DNA of 32,000 bases from Candidatus Saccharimonadota bacterium (lineage in GTDB: Bacteria > Patescibacteriota > Gracilibacteria > UBA1369 > 2-02-FULL-48-14), in contig OZ246396.1 of the NCBI GenBank assembly GCA_965230905.1, positions 1,170,001 through 1,202,000 of the forward strand, given 5' to 3'. Shown piece after piece: positions 1 through 8,372 of the stretch. Both the position numbers and the translations under genes were made by a program. Numbering within the stretch: position 1 is the stretch's first letter; each line of letters opens with the position of its first letter. A model generated the notes under the pieces. The model was not told the origin of the DNA. It saw only the letters and a list, made by a program, of their open reading frames with translations, and did no database searches.

Positions 1-713
1 TTTTTTTGTTGAAGATTGTCTCTCATATGAGCGAGTGACATCAGAAAATTTAGGCCGAAGGCAATATCACGTGTCTGGTAATGCTCTGCTAATCCCTTCT
101 CACTATCATCTAAAGTCATGTCAAATCCTCCTTTTGGTTCTAAGGACAAATAACTTGGGTCCGAGGTCTCTCCATCCCATCCCCATTCAAAACCAACACC
201 TAGGAGGGGGGAGTTGCCCTCATTGCGATAGGAGGGGGCAACTTCAATTGATTGACTGGTTTCCATTCCCCAAAATATTCGTGCAATTTCTTTTGGATCC
301 TCAGTATTGTAAAGTTCAGAAATGAGTTCTCTAACTTCGTGAGTGAGTTCTTTGTGTGCAGTTTCTATCTCAGGTATGAATTCTTTAAGCGTTCGGCCCC
401 ATTCGGTATGATTCTTAAGGGCTGCATCCCATGTTTCGAGCTGCTGACCTCTACTAGTTGTATCATAATTTATCTGTCTATCGCTAGCTGGTGCTACTTC
501 AGTTGCAGTAGAGTTTACAGCGGAAGTTTTTATTCTAGACGCCAACCAGTAATGTAGAGTTTTTTTGTCAGTAAAATCGCCAGGATTTTTTAATTTAGCG
601 TAATTGGGCCATTTTTTAAGATCTACAGAGTCTATCTTTTGTTGCAGAGCATCTTCAGGCTTCAAGGTGGAAGCTTCGATAGACTCTGGCGTTTGATTAG
701 GCTTTTCTGACAT
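1..713 (-). CDS. hypothetical protein, C-terminus lies beyond window start (237 codons in window)
   Basis: Hand translation of the minus strand from ATG (713..711) gives MSEKPNQTPESIEASTLKPEDALQQKIDSVDLKKWPNYAKLKNPGDF...GVGFEWGWDGETSDPSYLSLEPKGGFDMTLDD...LAHMRDNLQQK, with no stop down to base 3. It is absent from the supplied ORF track because it has no in-window stop. Track ORFs 35..325(+) and 252..557(+) are its shadows. No family recognised. Confidence 0.6.
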   Translation of the reverse strand, partial: MSEKPNQTPESIEASTLKPEDALQQKIDSVDLKKWPNYAKLKNPGDFTDKKTLHYWLASRIKTSAVNSTATEVAPASDRQINYDTTSRGQQLETWDAALKNHTEWGRTLKEFIPEIETAHKELTHEVRELISELYNTEDPKEIARIFWGMETSQSIEVAPSYRNEGNSPLLGVGFEWGWDGETSDPSYLSLEPKGGFDMTLDDSEKGLAEHYQTRDIAFGLNFLMSLAHMRDNLQQK

Positions 714-761
714 ATTTGTTTTGTTTAGAAAAATATGATTTCTAATTATAATAACACAATA

Positions 762-769
762 CCCCCCCC
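762..769. repeat. C8/G8 homopolymer tract in the 5' region of the 1..713 ORF
   Basis: Sequence a-cccccccc-t at 761..770. On the minus strand it reads G8 and lies 12 nt upstream of a TATAAT hexamer (plus attata, 745..750), which sits about 30 nt upstream of the ATG at 713. Confidence 0.5.
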
Positions 770-925
770 TGTAAAGTGGCTCGGTGTTGTAAGTGTTTTT
801 CTAGTTGATTGGCTGTAAATTTCCTAGCGTCCAACCACTTTTTATGAGAAAATTCGAAATCCAAGAACCCATCCAGGATGAACGGCATAATACCTTTTGA
901 GCACAATGAGAAAGGAAGTCAGTCT

Positions 926-940
926 GTCACAAATTGTGAC
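926..940. repeat. perfect 7-1-7 palindrome GTCACAA-A-TTGTGAC upstream of recG
   Basis: Read directly; lies 48 nt upstream of the recG ATG at 988. Function unknown. Confidence 0.4.
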
Positions 941-987
941 CAACTGAAAATGAAATCTGCCGATGTGGCTAATGTAGAAACTCTTTC

Positions 988-3030
988 ATGATCGACTATC
1001 GTCTTGATGCCCGGATCTTGAAGACTCGCGAGAATTATATCGCGCTTTTGAAGGAGATGGGGATTAAGACGCTGCGGGATTTGCTTTTGTATTTTCCACG
1101 GGATTACCGAGATGAGCAGGAATTTACACGCATCAATGAGATGCGAACGGATGAGATCAATGTTATACAAGTTAAGATCAAATCGATCTTGAATGTGCCG
1201 ACTAGGGCAGGGAAGGTGATGACGCGGGCGGTGGTTTGTGATGCGACGGGAGAATTGCCGGTGATGTGGTTCAGCCAGCCGCATATTAAACAGATGTTTT
1301 TTAAGGGAAGTGAAATAATTTTGACGGGAAAATTGAAGTTTGAAAAGGGGAGGATGATGATGCTGAGCCCCAAGTACGAAAAACCGGCTAAGGTGCTGCT
1401 GCACACCGGGCGAATTGTGCCCGTTTACCCTGAAAAAGATGAGATAACGAGCAAGTGGCTGCGGGAGAAAATTCATATGATGCTGCCGTACGCGCAGTAT
1501 TTTGAAGATTTTATGCCGGAAAAGATTTTGCAGGAAGAAGGTTTGATGCGACTGCCGGATGCCATTTACCATGTGCACTTTGCCAAAGACGAGGAGCATT
1601 TGACCAAGGCACGTGAACGCTTGGCTTTCGACGAGCTATTTATGCTGCAATTTTTGGCGCTGAAACGAAAGAAATTATGGAAAGTGGCCGCTGCGGGTGA
1701 AGGAAAGAAGCTGGAAAATGTGAATTTGGAGGCTTTTTTGGATTCTTTGCCGTTCAAGCTCACCGGGGCACAGTTTCGGGTGATCGCGGAGATTTTTGAA
1801 GATTTTGCCAAGGGATTCCCGATGATCCGTTTGGTTCAAGGAGATGTGGGGGCGGGTAAAACCGTGGTGGCAGCGGCGGCGATTTATGCGATGAAGCTGG
1901 AGGGATACCAGTCGGCACTCATGGCGCCTACGGAAATTTTGGCACGGCAGCACTTTAAAACACTCGTACGTTTGTTGACACCGTTTGGATTTAACGTGCA
2001 ATTACTTACGGGCTCAACGTCGAATGCAGAACACGAGGAAATTCTGGGTCAGCTTGCGACCGGCCGTTGTGATTTGGTGATTGGCACACATGCGCTGATT
2101 CAAGAAGGGGTGGGCTTTTCTCGGCTTGGACTCGCGGTGATTGATGAACAGCACCGCTTTGGGGTGAAACAACGCGCCGTCTTTCAAATTCACGGAAATC
2201 CTCATATGCTCAATTTATCCGCGACGCCGATCCCACGAACCATGGCGCTGACTTTGTATGGCGACCAGGATTTATCGACGCTGGATGAATTGCCACCGGG
2301 ACGTCAGGAGATTGTAACGCGACTCGTGCCGGAAGATAAACGCAATGACGCGTACTTTTGGATTTCCGATCAGGTTCAAAAGGGAAGACAGGTTTTTATT
2401 ATTTGCCCGCTGATTGAAGAGTCGGACGCCATTCAAGTGAAGGCCGTGACCTTGGAGTACGAACGGCTGAAGAGTGAAGTTTTTCCCAATCATCGCTTGG
2501 CGCTTTTGCATGGCCGGATGAAGGCCGAAGATAAAGATGAGGTTATGAAACAATTTGCCAGCGGCGAAGTGGACATATTGGTCTCGACGTCCGTTGTCGA
2601 AGTGGGAATAGACGTGCCCAACGCCAGCATTATGATGATTGAAGGCGCGGATCGTTTTGGCCTCGCCCAGCTCCATCAGTTTAGGGGGAGGGTCGGACGC
2701 GGTGAACATCAGTCCTATTGTTTCCTATTTACAGATTCAAACTCCGACGGAGCCTTGCAAAGACTAAAATACATGGTGAAGTATAATTCAGGCTTTGATT
2801 TGGCTGAATTGGATTTGCAAATGCGCGGCCCGGGAGAAATTTATGGGATCAAACAAAGTGGACTTCCTGACTTAAAAATGGCGAGCTTTACGGACTTGGA
2901 GATGCTGAATCGAGTTCGTGCACAAGCTGAGCGTTTGGTTGACGAAGACGTTGAACTGCGGCAGTATCCCAGCCTTCAAGCAAAAATCGCAATTTTGGAG
3001 GCACTGAGTGAAATTGGAGACGTAGTGTAA
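988..3030 (+). CDS. recG: ATP-dependent DNA helicase RecG
   Basis: 680 aa. Walker A GDVGAGKT, DEQH box AVIDEQHRFG, motif VI QLHQFRGRVGRG, and an N-terminal wedge/OB-like region preceding the helicase core. ATG start, TAA stop. Confidence 0.95.
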   Translation: MIDYRLDARILKTRENYIALLKEMGIKTLRDLLLYFPRDYRDEQEFTRINEMRTDEINVIQVKIKSILNVPTRAGKVMTRAVVCDATGELPVMWFSQPHIKQMFFKGSEIILTGKLKFEKGRMMMLSPKYEKPAKVLLHTGRIVPVYPEKDEITSKWLREKIHMMLPYAQYFEDFMPEKILQEEGLMRLPDAIYHVHFAKDEEHLTKARERLAFDELFMLQFLALKRKKLWKVAAAGEGKKLENVNLEAFLDSLPFKLTGAQFRVIAEIFEDFAKGFPMIRLVQGDVGAGKTVVAAAAIYAMKLEGYQSALMAPTEILARQHFKTLVRLLTPFGFNVQLLTGSTSNAEHEEILGQLATGRCDLVIGTHALIQEGVGFSRLGLAVIDEQHRFGVKQRAVFQIHGNPHMLNLSATPIPRTMALTLYGDQDLSTLDELPPGRQEIVTRLVPEDKRNDAYFWISDQVQKGRQVFIICPLIEESDAIQVKAVTLEYERLKSEVFPNHRLALLHGRMKAEDKDEVMKQFASGEVDILVSTSVVEVGIDVPNASIMMIEGADRFGLAQLHQFRGRVGRGEHQSYCFLFTDSNSDGALQRLKYMVKYNSGFDLAELDLQMRGPGEIYGIKQSGLPDLKMASFTDLEMLNRVRAQAERLVDEDVELRQYPSLQAKIAILEALSEIGDVV

Positions 3031-3048
3031 GTCGTTTAATTAAAAATA

Positions 3049-3258
3049 ATGGCTATAAACGAAGGTAATTCGGACGGGCAGAGTAGTGAAGAGGCTATTG
3101 AGCTTAGGGAGCTTGAATGCGAACAAGCTTTGGATGCGAAGGGTTTATTGAAAAATTCAAAAATCGTTTTAGTTGATCCGATGCGTCTCAATCGGTTGGA
3201 GGGGCTTGGCTACTTAGAAAAGAGTGGGACCCCCGGTATTTGGTATATCCGACTCTAG
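3049..3258 (+). CDS. small acidic hypothetical protein (69 aa)
   Basis: ATG-initiated ORF 18 nt after the recG stop. No motif recognised, so coding status is uncertain. Confidence 0.35.
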   Translation: MAINEGNSDGQSSEEAIELRELECEQALDAKGLLKNSKIVLVDPMRLNRLEGLGYLEKSGTPGIWYIRL

Positions 3259-3276
3259 TTCGACAGGGGTTAACTT

Positions 3277-3296
3277 TACACAAGATATATTGTGTA
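3277..3296. repeat. inverted repeat TACACAA-gatata-TTGTGTA between convergent genes
   Basis: 7-bp perfect arms with a 6-nt spacer, between the stop of 3049..3258(+) and the stop of 3303..6716(-). AT-rich stem with no flanking T-run, so at best a weak bidirectional terminator. Confidence 0.3.
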
Positions 3297-3302
3297 GGAT
3301 TG

Positions 3303-6300
3303 CTAGACGGTCAAATCCTGCTCAACAGGCGTGTGAGCCTCCTCCACTGCTGGGCCAGTCCCCTTTTCAGCACCTAATTCTTTTTTAACTTCTTCTAAAC
3401 GTTTAGCGCTTTGATAAATAGAAATGGTGAACGTTGCAAAGTCAGCGAATGGGAGCGACTCCCCTTCCCCAAGTTCAACACTTTGATCGCAGAGGTATTG
3501 CCATACCTGCATCTCATGATCTCCTTTAACTCCTTCGCGACCTTCTTGCATTCTGCCCATCAAACGAGCAAATGCCTCTAGCCCTTCGGCTCCAAATTTT
3601 TTCTCCACAACGATCTGGAATTTTTCAAAGGCTGGATTGATCATCTCTGTTTGCATATAGATGAGTTCCATCTGTTTAACATCGACCCAGCTGTCGTCAG
3701 TATAGGATAGGAATCTGATTGAAGCTCTTTCTAAGACTTCGATTTCTTTTAAAATCTCATCTTTCCTTATTGTGATAGTTTCTTTGCGTTCTAGATCGTC
3801 CAGGGTGAGTTCCTTGGCTTCCAAGCCGGTGAATTCTTCCTGCAAATCCTTAATCTTATCTTGTGCGCCGTCTAGGGCTTCCTTACCATTGCTGCGAAGT
3901 TCACTTAAGTCATGCATACGGTGTTCACCCATGGCCATTATTTTTTCGCCAGCAAGCACGTCGTCAATAAAATCGTAGTGACCAATGTACTTAGAATCGG
4001 TTAGATAAGCGATTGGGTCGGTTTCTTCATCAATGCCATCGCCAATTCCCATGGCGTCTGCTGCAAAGATTATATCATTGAGTAAAATTCCGCCGGTCAT
4101 CATGCTTAAAACAGTTCCCGTTCCACTCACGATGGAGTTTTCATAGAAGTCTTGTCGGTTTGGAAAATGCTTTTGAAGATAAGGCTTTCCATAGCTATTC
4201 CAAGCTGCCATACCACCAAACGAAGCTGCAGTACCTACCGCAATTCCTCCCACAATTTTACCAATTGGATGAGGAATTACAGAGGCCGTGGCCCGTGCAC
4301 CTAGGGCAAAAGTTCCTAGCATACTGGCGTCTTCTCCAATCGTATTCCATTTGTCATTGGATTCTTGAAAGTCATAGAGCATATATATTGCGCCAATGAT
4401 TCCGGCACCCCTTGCTAAGGTTCCTCCCACTCTAAACAACTTGGGATTTTTAATTTTCCATAAAACCATTTCTAGATCTTTGGCGGCTTGCTTTGGATTT
4501 GGCATTCTTTCAAGTTCTGTACAAAGGGCTTCCACTTCTACCTTGGTCATACCGTATTCTCTCAATTTGAGAGTGATACGATCTCCTTTTAAGCCTAAAG
4601 CTTCCATTCTATCGATAAGCGCTTTTGGAACGTTTTCTCGAGGGATTCCTGCTCGTGTGGCCTCTGCATGCGTTGCGTATTTTGGATTGGTGACGCGGTA
4701 GGCTGGTAATTCTGGAAGAGCCGCTTTGGGGTTTTCGGCAATAAATTTTTCGGCCGCTTCCGCTAATCGTGCCGCTATGCCCTTGTCCGATTTAATAGAA
4801 GAAAGCCTTACGTCTCCACCTATATTATCGACCACATTCATTTCCTTTAAGTAGGCTTTTCGACTCTTAAAGAATTTTTCGGCATACCGGTCCATCATTT
4901 TTTCAAGCCAGGCTTTTCCATAAATTTTTTCATAAATTTTTGATTTTATACTTCCTGTGACTTCAGAGCTTTCAAAAAGTTCCAGTTTCTTGTGGTAGTG
5001 GCTGTAACGTTCACCATAATAAGCCGCTTGATCATGAAGAACGTGAATTTTTTCTGCTGGTGACAAAAAAGGCAGATGCTCTTTGGCGGTGAGTTTAGCG
5101 TAGGTCGATAGTTGTCCAACTTCTGTTTTCCATTTGAGCCCTTTTATTACGGTGTTGGGTATGAATAGATAGGAATCGAGGACTCCTTTGAACCCCCCTT
5201 TTATTGCTTCGCCGAGAATTGGCCCCGGGTTTAAGTTACCAGCTTTGACTCCTTTGGCGATGGCTAAGGTTCCGTGACCCGCGAAATACGTTCCCGCCCA
5301 ATAGACCTGGTTGTCTGCCCATAGGGCTTCACTTAAGGCTCCATCCCCCGTGGTGAAGTCGTAGATATCTTTTACCTGTTCCACCACAATTTCTAAGCTG
5401 CTGAGAGGAACAATGGCGAGACCTTTTAAGACGAACAAGGTTCCATCAATGATCCCAAGACCCGCTCCATCTTCGTCAGCGGCGGGTTTGAGTGCTGCTA
5501 AACCTTCGTCCCAGTCCATTTCGCCGCTTACTACTGATTTGACCACACTTGCTACGGCTGGCATGCTTGAAAGATCGTCGCTTACTTCTGGAGTTTTTTC
5601 TGGAGTCGGAGCTTCAAGTTCATCTGCGTGCTCAGGCTTCCCAAATACGCCGGCTTTTTCCAGTTCATTCAAGATTTCTCCAATGCTCATTTTATCGATA
5701 TTTCCTTTGATTTTATCTTGGTGACGCTTGATGAAGGATTGCAGTTTCACTTCTTCACGAGCGGTTCCGGCATCGTCATCCACGCTCATACCGGGTATAT
5801 CCGCCATACCAGCCTGTGTCAGTAGAGTTCCAATGTAACTTTTTCCGGTACGAACCACGTCTGAGCTTAACTCTGCAAAATCACCCCATTTAACGTCTTT
5901 TAAATCTATTAAAGTGCGTTCGGTTATGTCCAATTCTTTAGCTGCCTTTTTAATTCCTGGCTCACGAGAGCTGAATAACAATGAGCTGAGCCCTTTACCG
6001 CTGAGTAGGTCCTTTATGGCATCAACGGATACGTCCAGATTTAAGTAATCAGCTGTCCATTTTCCTAGCGTTTCAGCTCCCAATAAAGTTCCGACGCCAA
6101 TCGTTGCAAGTGCGCCACCAATCACCAAATCGCTCTTCTTCTTTGCTTCACCTTCTCCTTTAAACCACTTGTGTAAGTAATAGCCGGCACCAACCGCACC
6201 TGCTGCAATGAGTCCCCATTTTACGTACGGACTCATCCATTCGGTTTTGTCAGATTTTTCGCCTTTTTCTGTTTTTTCTTTTTCTGACACCGCGTCTGCA

Positions 6301-6716
6301 TAGTGCTGGGTTCCTTGCGCCAGGTTCTTCGCCCACCAAGCCAATGCGCCAACCGACTGACTCGTTAAAAGCTCGCCAAATTTTTGCGTTGCGGCGAGTG
6401 ATGTTTTATTTTTTGCGTAGCCTTGCAGAGTGAGCGGGCTTTTGGCCAGTATCTCTCGTGTTTCTCCGGCCTTAAGTGCAAGCAGAATCAACTCATCCAA
6501 AACCACTTCAAGATCCGCCATTTTCTCAAACTGCTCTGAGATTGGTTTGCTGGCGTCAATGCTTTCTATGCCGGCCAAAATAGGATCTTTCTTCTCCTGT
6601 TGTTCCAAGCGTGCATCCACGTCCTTGCGAAGTTCCCGTTCCGTTCGTTCGCGGGCTTCTTCAACAGGTGTAGGCGCTTGTATTGAGTCTTCGAGATTTC
6701 GGTCGTCAGCTACCAT
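3303..6716 (-). CDS. giant hypothetical membrane protein (1137 aa)
   Basis: Uninterrupted ATG-to-TAG ORF. Acidic, coiled-coil-like N-terminus. Closely spaced hydrophobic helix pair (WGLIAAGAVGAGYYLHKWF / LVIGGALATIGVGTLLGAETLG, about nt 6066..6221). Second Gly-rich hydrophobic cluster (RGAGIIGAIYMLY, IGKIVGGIAVGTAASFGGMAAW, SGTGTVLSMMTGGILL, about nt 4047..4439). Coiled-coil-like C-terminus. No catalytic motif recognised. Confidence 0.8.
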   Translation of the reverse strand: MVADDRNLEDSIQAPTPVEEARERTERELRKDVDARLEQQEKKDPILAGIESIDASKPISEQFEKMADLEVVLDELILLALKAGETREILAKSPLTLQGYAKNKTSLAATQKFGELLTSQSVGALAWWAKNLAQGTQHYADAVSEKEKTEKGEKSDKTEWMSPYVKWGLIAAGAVGAGYYLHKWFKGEGEAKKKSDLVIGGALATIGVGTLLGAETLGKWTADYLNLDVSVDAIKDLLSGKGLSSLLFSSREPGIKKAAKELDITERTLIDLKDVKWGDFAELSSDVVRTGKSYIGTLLTQAGMADIPGMSVDDDAGTAREEVKLQSFIKRHQDKIKGNIDKMSIGEILNELEKAGVFGKPEHADELEAPTPEKTPEVSDDLSSMPAVASVVKSVVSGEMDWDEGLAALKPAADEDGAGLGIIDGTLFVLKGLAIVPLSSLEIVVEQVKDIYDFTTGDGALSEALWADNQVYWAGTYFAGHGTLAIAKGVKAGNLNPGPILGEAIKGGFKGVLDSYLFIPNTVIKGLKWKTEVGQLSTYAKLTAKEHLPFLSPAEKIHVLHDQAAYYGERYSHYHKKLELFESSEVTGSIKSKIYEKIYGKAWLEKMMDRYAEKFFKSRKAYLKEMNVVDNIGGDVRLSSIKSDKGIAARLAEAAEKFIAENPKAALPELPAYRVTNPKYATHAEATRAGIPRENVPKALIDRMEALGLKGDRITLKLREYGMTKVEVEALCTELERMPNPKQAAKDLEMVLWKIKNPKLFRVGGTLARGAGIIGAIYMLYDFQESNDKWNTIGEDASMLGTFALGARATASVIPHPIGKIVGGIAVGTAASFGGMAAWNSYGKPYLQKHFPNRQDFYENSIVSGTGTVLSMMTGGILLNDIIFAADAMGIGDGIDEETDPIAYLTDSKYIGHYDFIDDVLAGEKIMAMGEHRMHDLSELRSNGKEALDGAQDKIKDLQEEFTGLEAKELTLDDLERKETITIRKDEILKEIEVLERASIRFLSYTDDSWVDVKQMELIYMQTEMINPAFEKFQIVVEKKFGAEGLEAFARLMGRMQEGREGVKGDHEMQVWQYLCDQSVELGEGESLPFADFATFTISIYQSAKRLEEVKKELGAEKGTGPAVEEAHTPVEQDLTV

Positions 6717-6717
6717 A

Positions 6718-6755
6718 CGTCGTTTTAAATCTCTTAATTATACCTGAAAACGACG
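6718..6755. repeat. 9-bp perfect inverted repeat CGTCGTTTT / AAAACGACG with a 20-nt loop
   Basis: Arms at 6718..6726 and 6747..6755, in the 54-nt gap between the Elp3 stop (6771) and the giant-protein ATG (6716). The loop contains the candidate -10 listed below. Confidence 0.5.
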
Positions 6756-6765
6756 ATTTTCACAA
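6737..6765 (-). promoter_or_regulatory. candidate sigma70-like promoter for the 1137-aa gene (TTGTGA-17 nt-TATAAT)
   Basis: Minus strand: TTGTGA (plus 6760..6765), 17-nt spacer, TATAAT (plus 6737..6742), with the -10 ending 20 nt upstream of the ATG at 6716. Hexamer match only. Confidence 0.3.
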
Positions 6766-6770
6766 GGCGG

Positions 6771-8363
6771 CTAGGAAAGCTTTTTTGTCATGTAGGTTCC
6801 TTCCAATTCGTAGCCCCATTTGCGGTAGTAATTTCGGGTGCCCACGCCGGCGATGATGGCGACTTTTTTGAAGCCGGCCGCGCGAGAAATTTCTTCGGCT
6901 TTTTCGATCATGCGGCGGCCGAGGCCTCCGTGCTGTGAGGCGGTGTCGTCACTGCGGCCTACCCGTACTTGGGCGCCGTAGGTATGTACTTCACGCACCA
7001 GCGCAGCGCCTTCGAGTTCTTTGATGAAGTGAGGTTTGCCTTGGAGAGAGTAGGAAGAAAAACGGAGACGTAGTAGCGAGCAGAGTTTGTCGCGCACGGG
7101 GTCATTGAAGCTGATGAAAAATTCTTTTCCTTCGGAGGCTTCGTACTCAAAAACGCGGAGTTCGGTGTCGTCGGGGTCGAAGACGTCGCCTTTGATTTCG
7201 CGGCAGCGAATACAGTGGCAGACAATACCCTCTTTCGCCATTTTTGCCTGGAGGAGTTGGCGCATGTTGGTCATTTGGCTGCCTTCCAAAATGGATTCAC
7301 CGGGGATGTCGCGGAAGAGTCGTTCGATGCGCACGTATTCGGGGATGTGGCGCTTCATTTCGATCAAAATATCCATCAGGACTTCGTCGGAATACGCTTC
7401 GTAACGGCCCTCTTTCCACCATTGTTCCAGCTCGGCGTAAGGCGTCACCACGCAAGGGTAAATCTTGAGTTGGTCGGGTTTGAAGTTTGGATTTTCAAAA
7501 AATTCTCGCACCATCCATTTGTCTTTTTCCGGTGTGCTGCCTGGCAAATTGGGCATGAGGTGGGTGGCGATTTTTAGCCCGGCATCCTTCATCAGGCGAA
7601 TGGCTCGAATGGTGTCTTCAATCACTTCCCCACGTTTGTTGAGTTCCAAAATGGCGTTGTCGATGTGTTGCACGCCGATTTGCACTTTGGTGCAACCGAG
7701 CTTCAGCATGTGTTTGATTTCCTCTTCGGTTATGTGATCAGGCCGGGTTTCGAGGCTGAGCCCGATTATTCGGTGCTTGGCGGATTCATTGATTTCTTGT
7801 GCTTCTTTGAGTGACTTGCCTTGTTTCTCATTGCAGGCGTTGAAGAGTGCACGTACGAAGTCGGTTTGGTAACGACGGTTGTAGGCAGAAAAAGTTCCAC
7901 CGAGCACGATCATTTCAATTTTGTCGGTTTCATGACCTTGCTTAGTTAGACTATCGAGGCGGGTTTTAACTTGGTCGCGAGGATGAAAATCGTCGAGCAC
8001 GGCGCGCATGGCTCCGGGTTCATTGGAAAGATAGGATTTTGGCATACCTGGCTCGGTGGGACAGAACACGCACTTACCGGGACACGGGTACGGTTTGGTG
8101 AGTACGGTGATGACTGTGACCCCGGAGAGCGTGCGTACTTTTCGTTTGCGAAGCAGACGTTGCAGCGTGGGATCACCTTTCCAACCTTCGGCGAGCATGC
8201 TTTCGTAGGCTTTTTGCAGTTTAAAATTGCTCAATAAATCGATCTCGTGCTCCTTGGCAAAGAGTTTTTTGAGCTTGTGCAGATCCTCCTCACTTTGAAT
8301 ATTCAAGGTTGAGGCTTGTTGAATCAGTGCTTTTTGTATATCTTCAGAGCTGAGTATCTTCAT
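6771..8363 (-). CDS. elp3: Elp3-family radical-SAM / GNAT acetyltransferase (tRNA uridine-34 cm5 modification enzyme homologue)
   Basis: Radical-SAM Cys triad PCPGKCVFCP, followed by EPGAMRA, GHETDKIEMIVLGGTF. C-terminal GNAT block HGGLGRRMIEKAEEISRAAGFKKVAIIAGVGTRNYYRKWGYELEGTYMTKKL, near-colinear with the eukaryotic Elp3 C-terminus as I recall it. The track start at 8378 is GTG; I prefer the ATG at 8363 (MKILSSEDIQ...). Confidence 0.9.
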   Translation of the reverse strand: MKILSSEDIQKALIQQASTLNIQSEEDLHKLKKLFAKEHEIDLLSNFKLQKAYESMLAEGWKGDPTLQRLLRKRKVRTLSGVTVITVLTKPYPCPGKCVFCPTEPGMPKSYLSNEPGAMRAVLDDFHPRDQVKTRLDSLTKQGHETDKIEMIVLGGTFSAYNRRYQTDFVRALFNACNEKQGKSLKEAQEINESAKHRIIGLSLETRPDHITEEEIKHMLKLGCTKVQIGVQHIDNAILELNKRGEVIEDTIRAIRLMKDAGLKIATHLMPNLPGSTPEKDKWMVREFFENPNFKPDQLKIYPCVVTPYAELEQWWKEGRYEAYSDEVLMDILIEMKRHIPEYVRIERLFRDIPGESILEGSQMTNMRQLLQAKMAKEGIVCHCIRCREIKGDVFDPDDTELRVFEYEASEGKEFFISFNDPVRDKLCSLLRLRFSSYSLQGKPHFIKELEGAALVREVHTYGAQVRVGRSDDTASQHGGLGRRMIEKAEEISRAAGFKKVAIIAGVGTRNYYRKWGYELEGTYMTKKLS

Positions 8364-8372
8364 ATTGAGTAC

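Noticed and set aside
853-862. TTCGAAATCC, reminiscent of a tRNA T-loop, in the 714..987 gap
   Set aside because: The flanking bases cannot form a T-stem, and no acceptor or anticodon arms can be drawn. No other gap in the window is large enough for a tRNA.
919-1599. 226-aa minus-strand ORF (and 1104..1406, 1566..1811, 1675..2001, 2272..2709) inside recG
   Set aside because: These are antisense shadows of a full-length, motif-complete RecG. They have low-complexity, His/Arg/Leu-biased translations and no start context.
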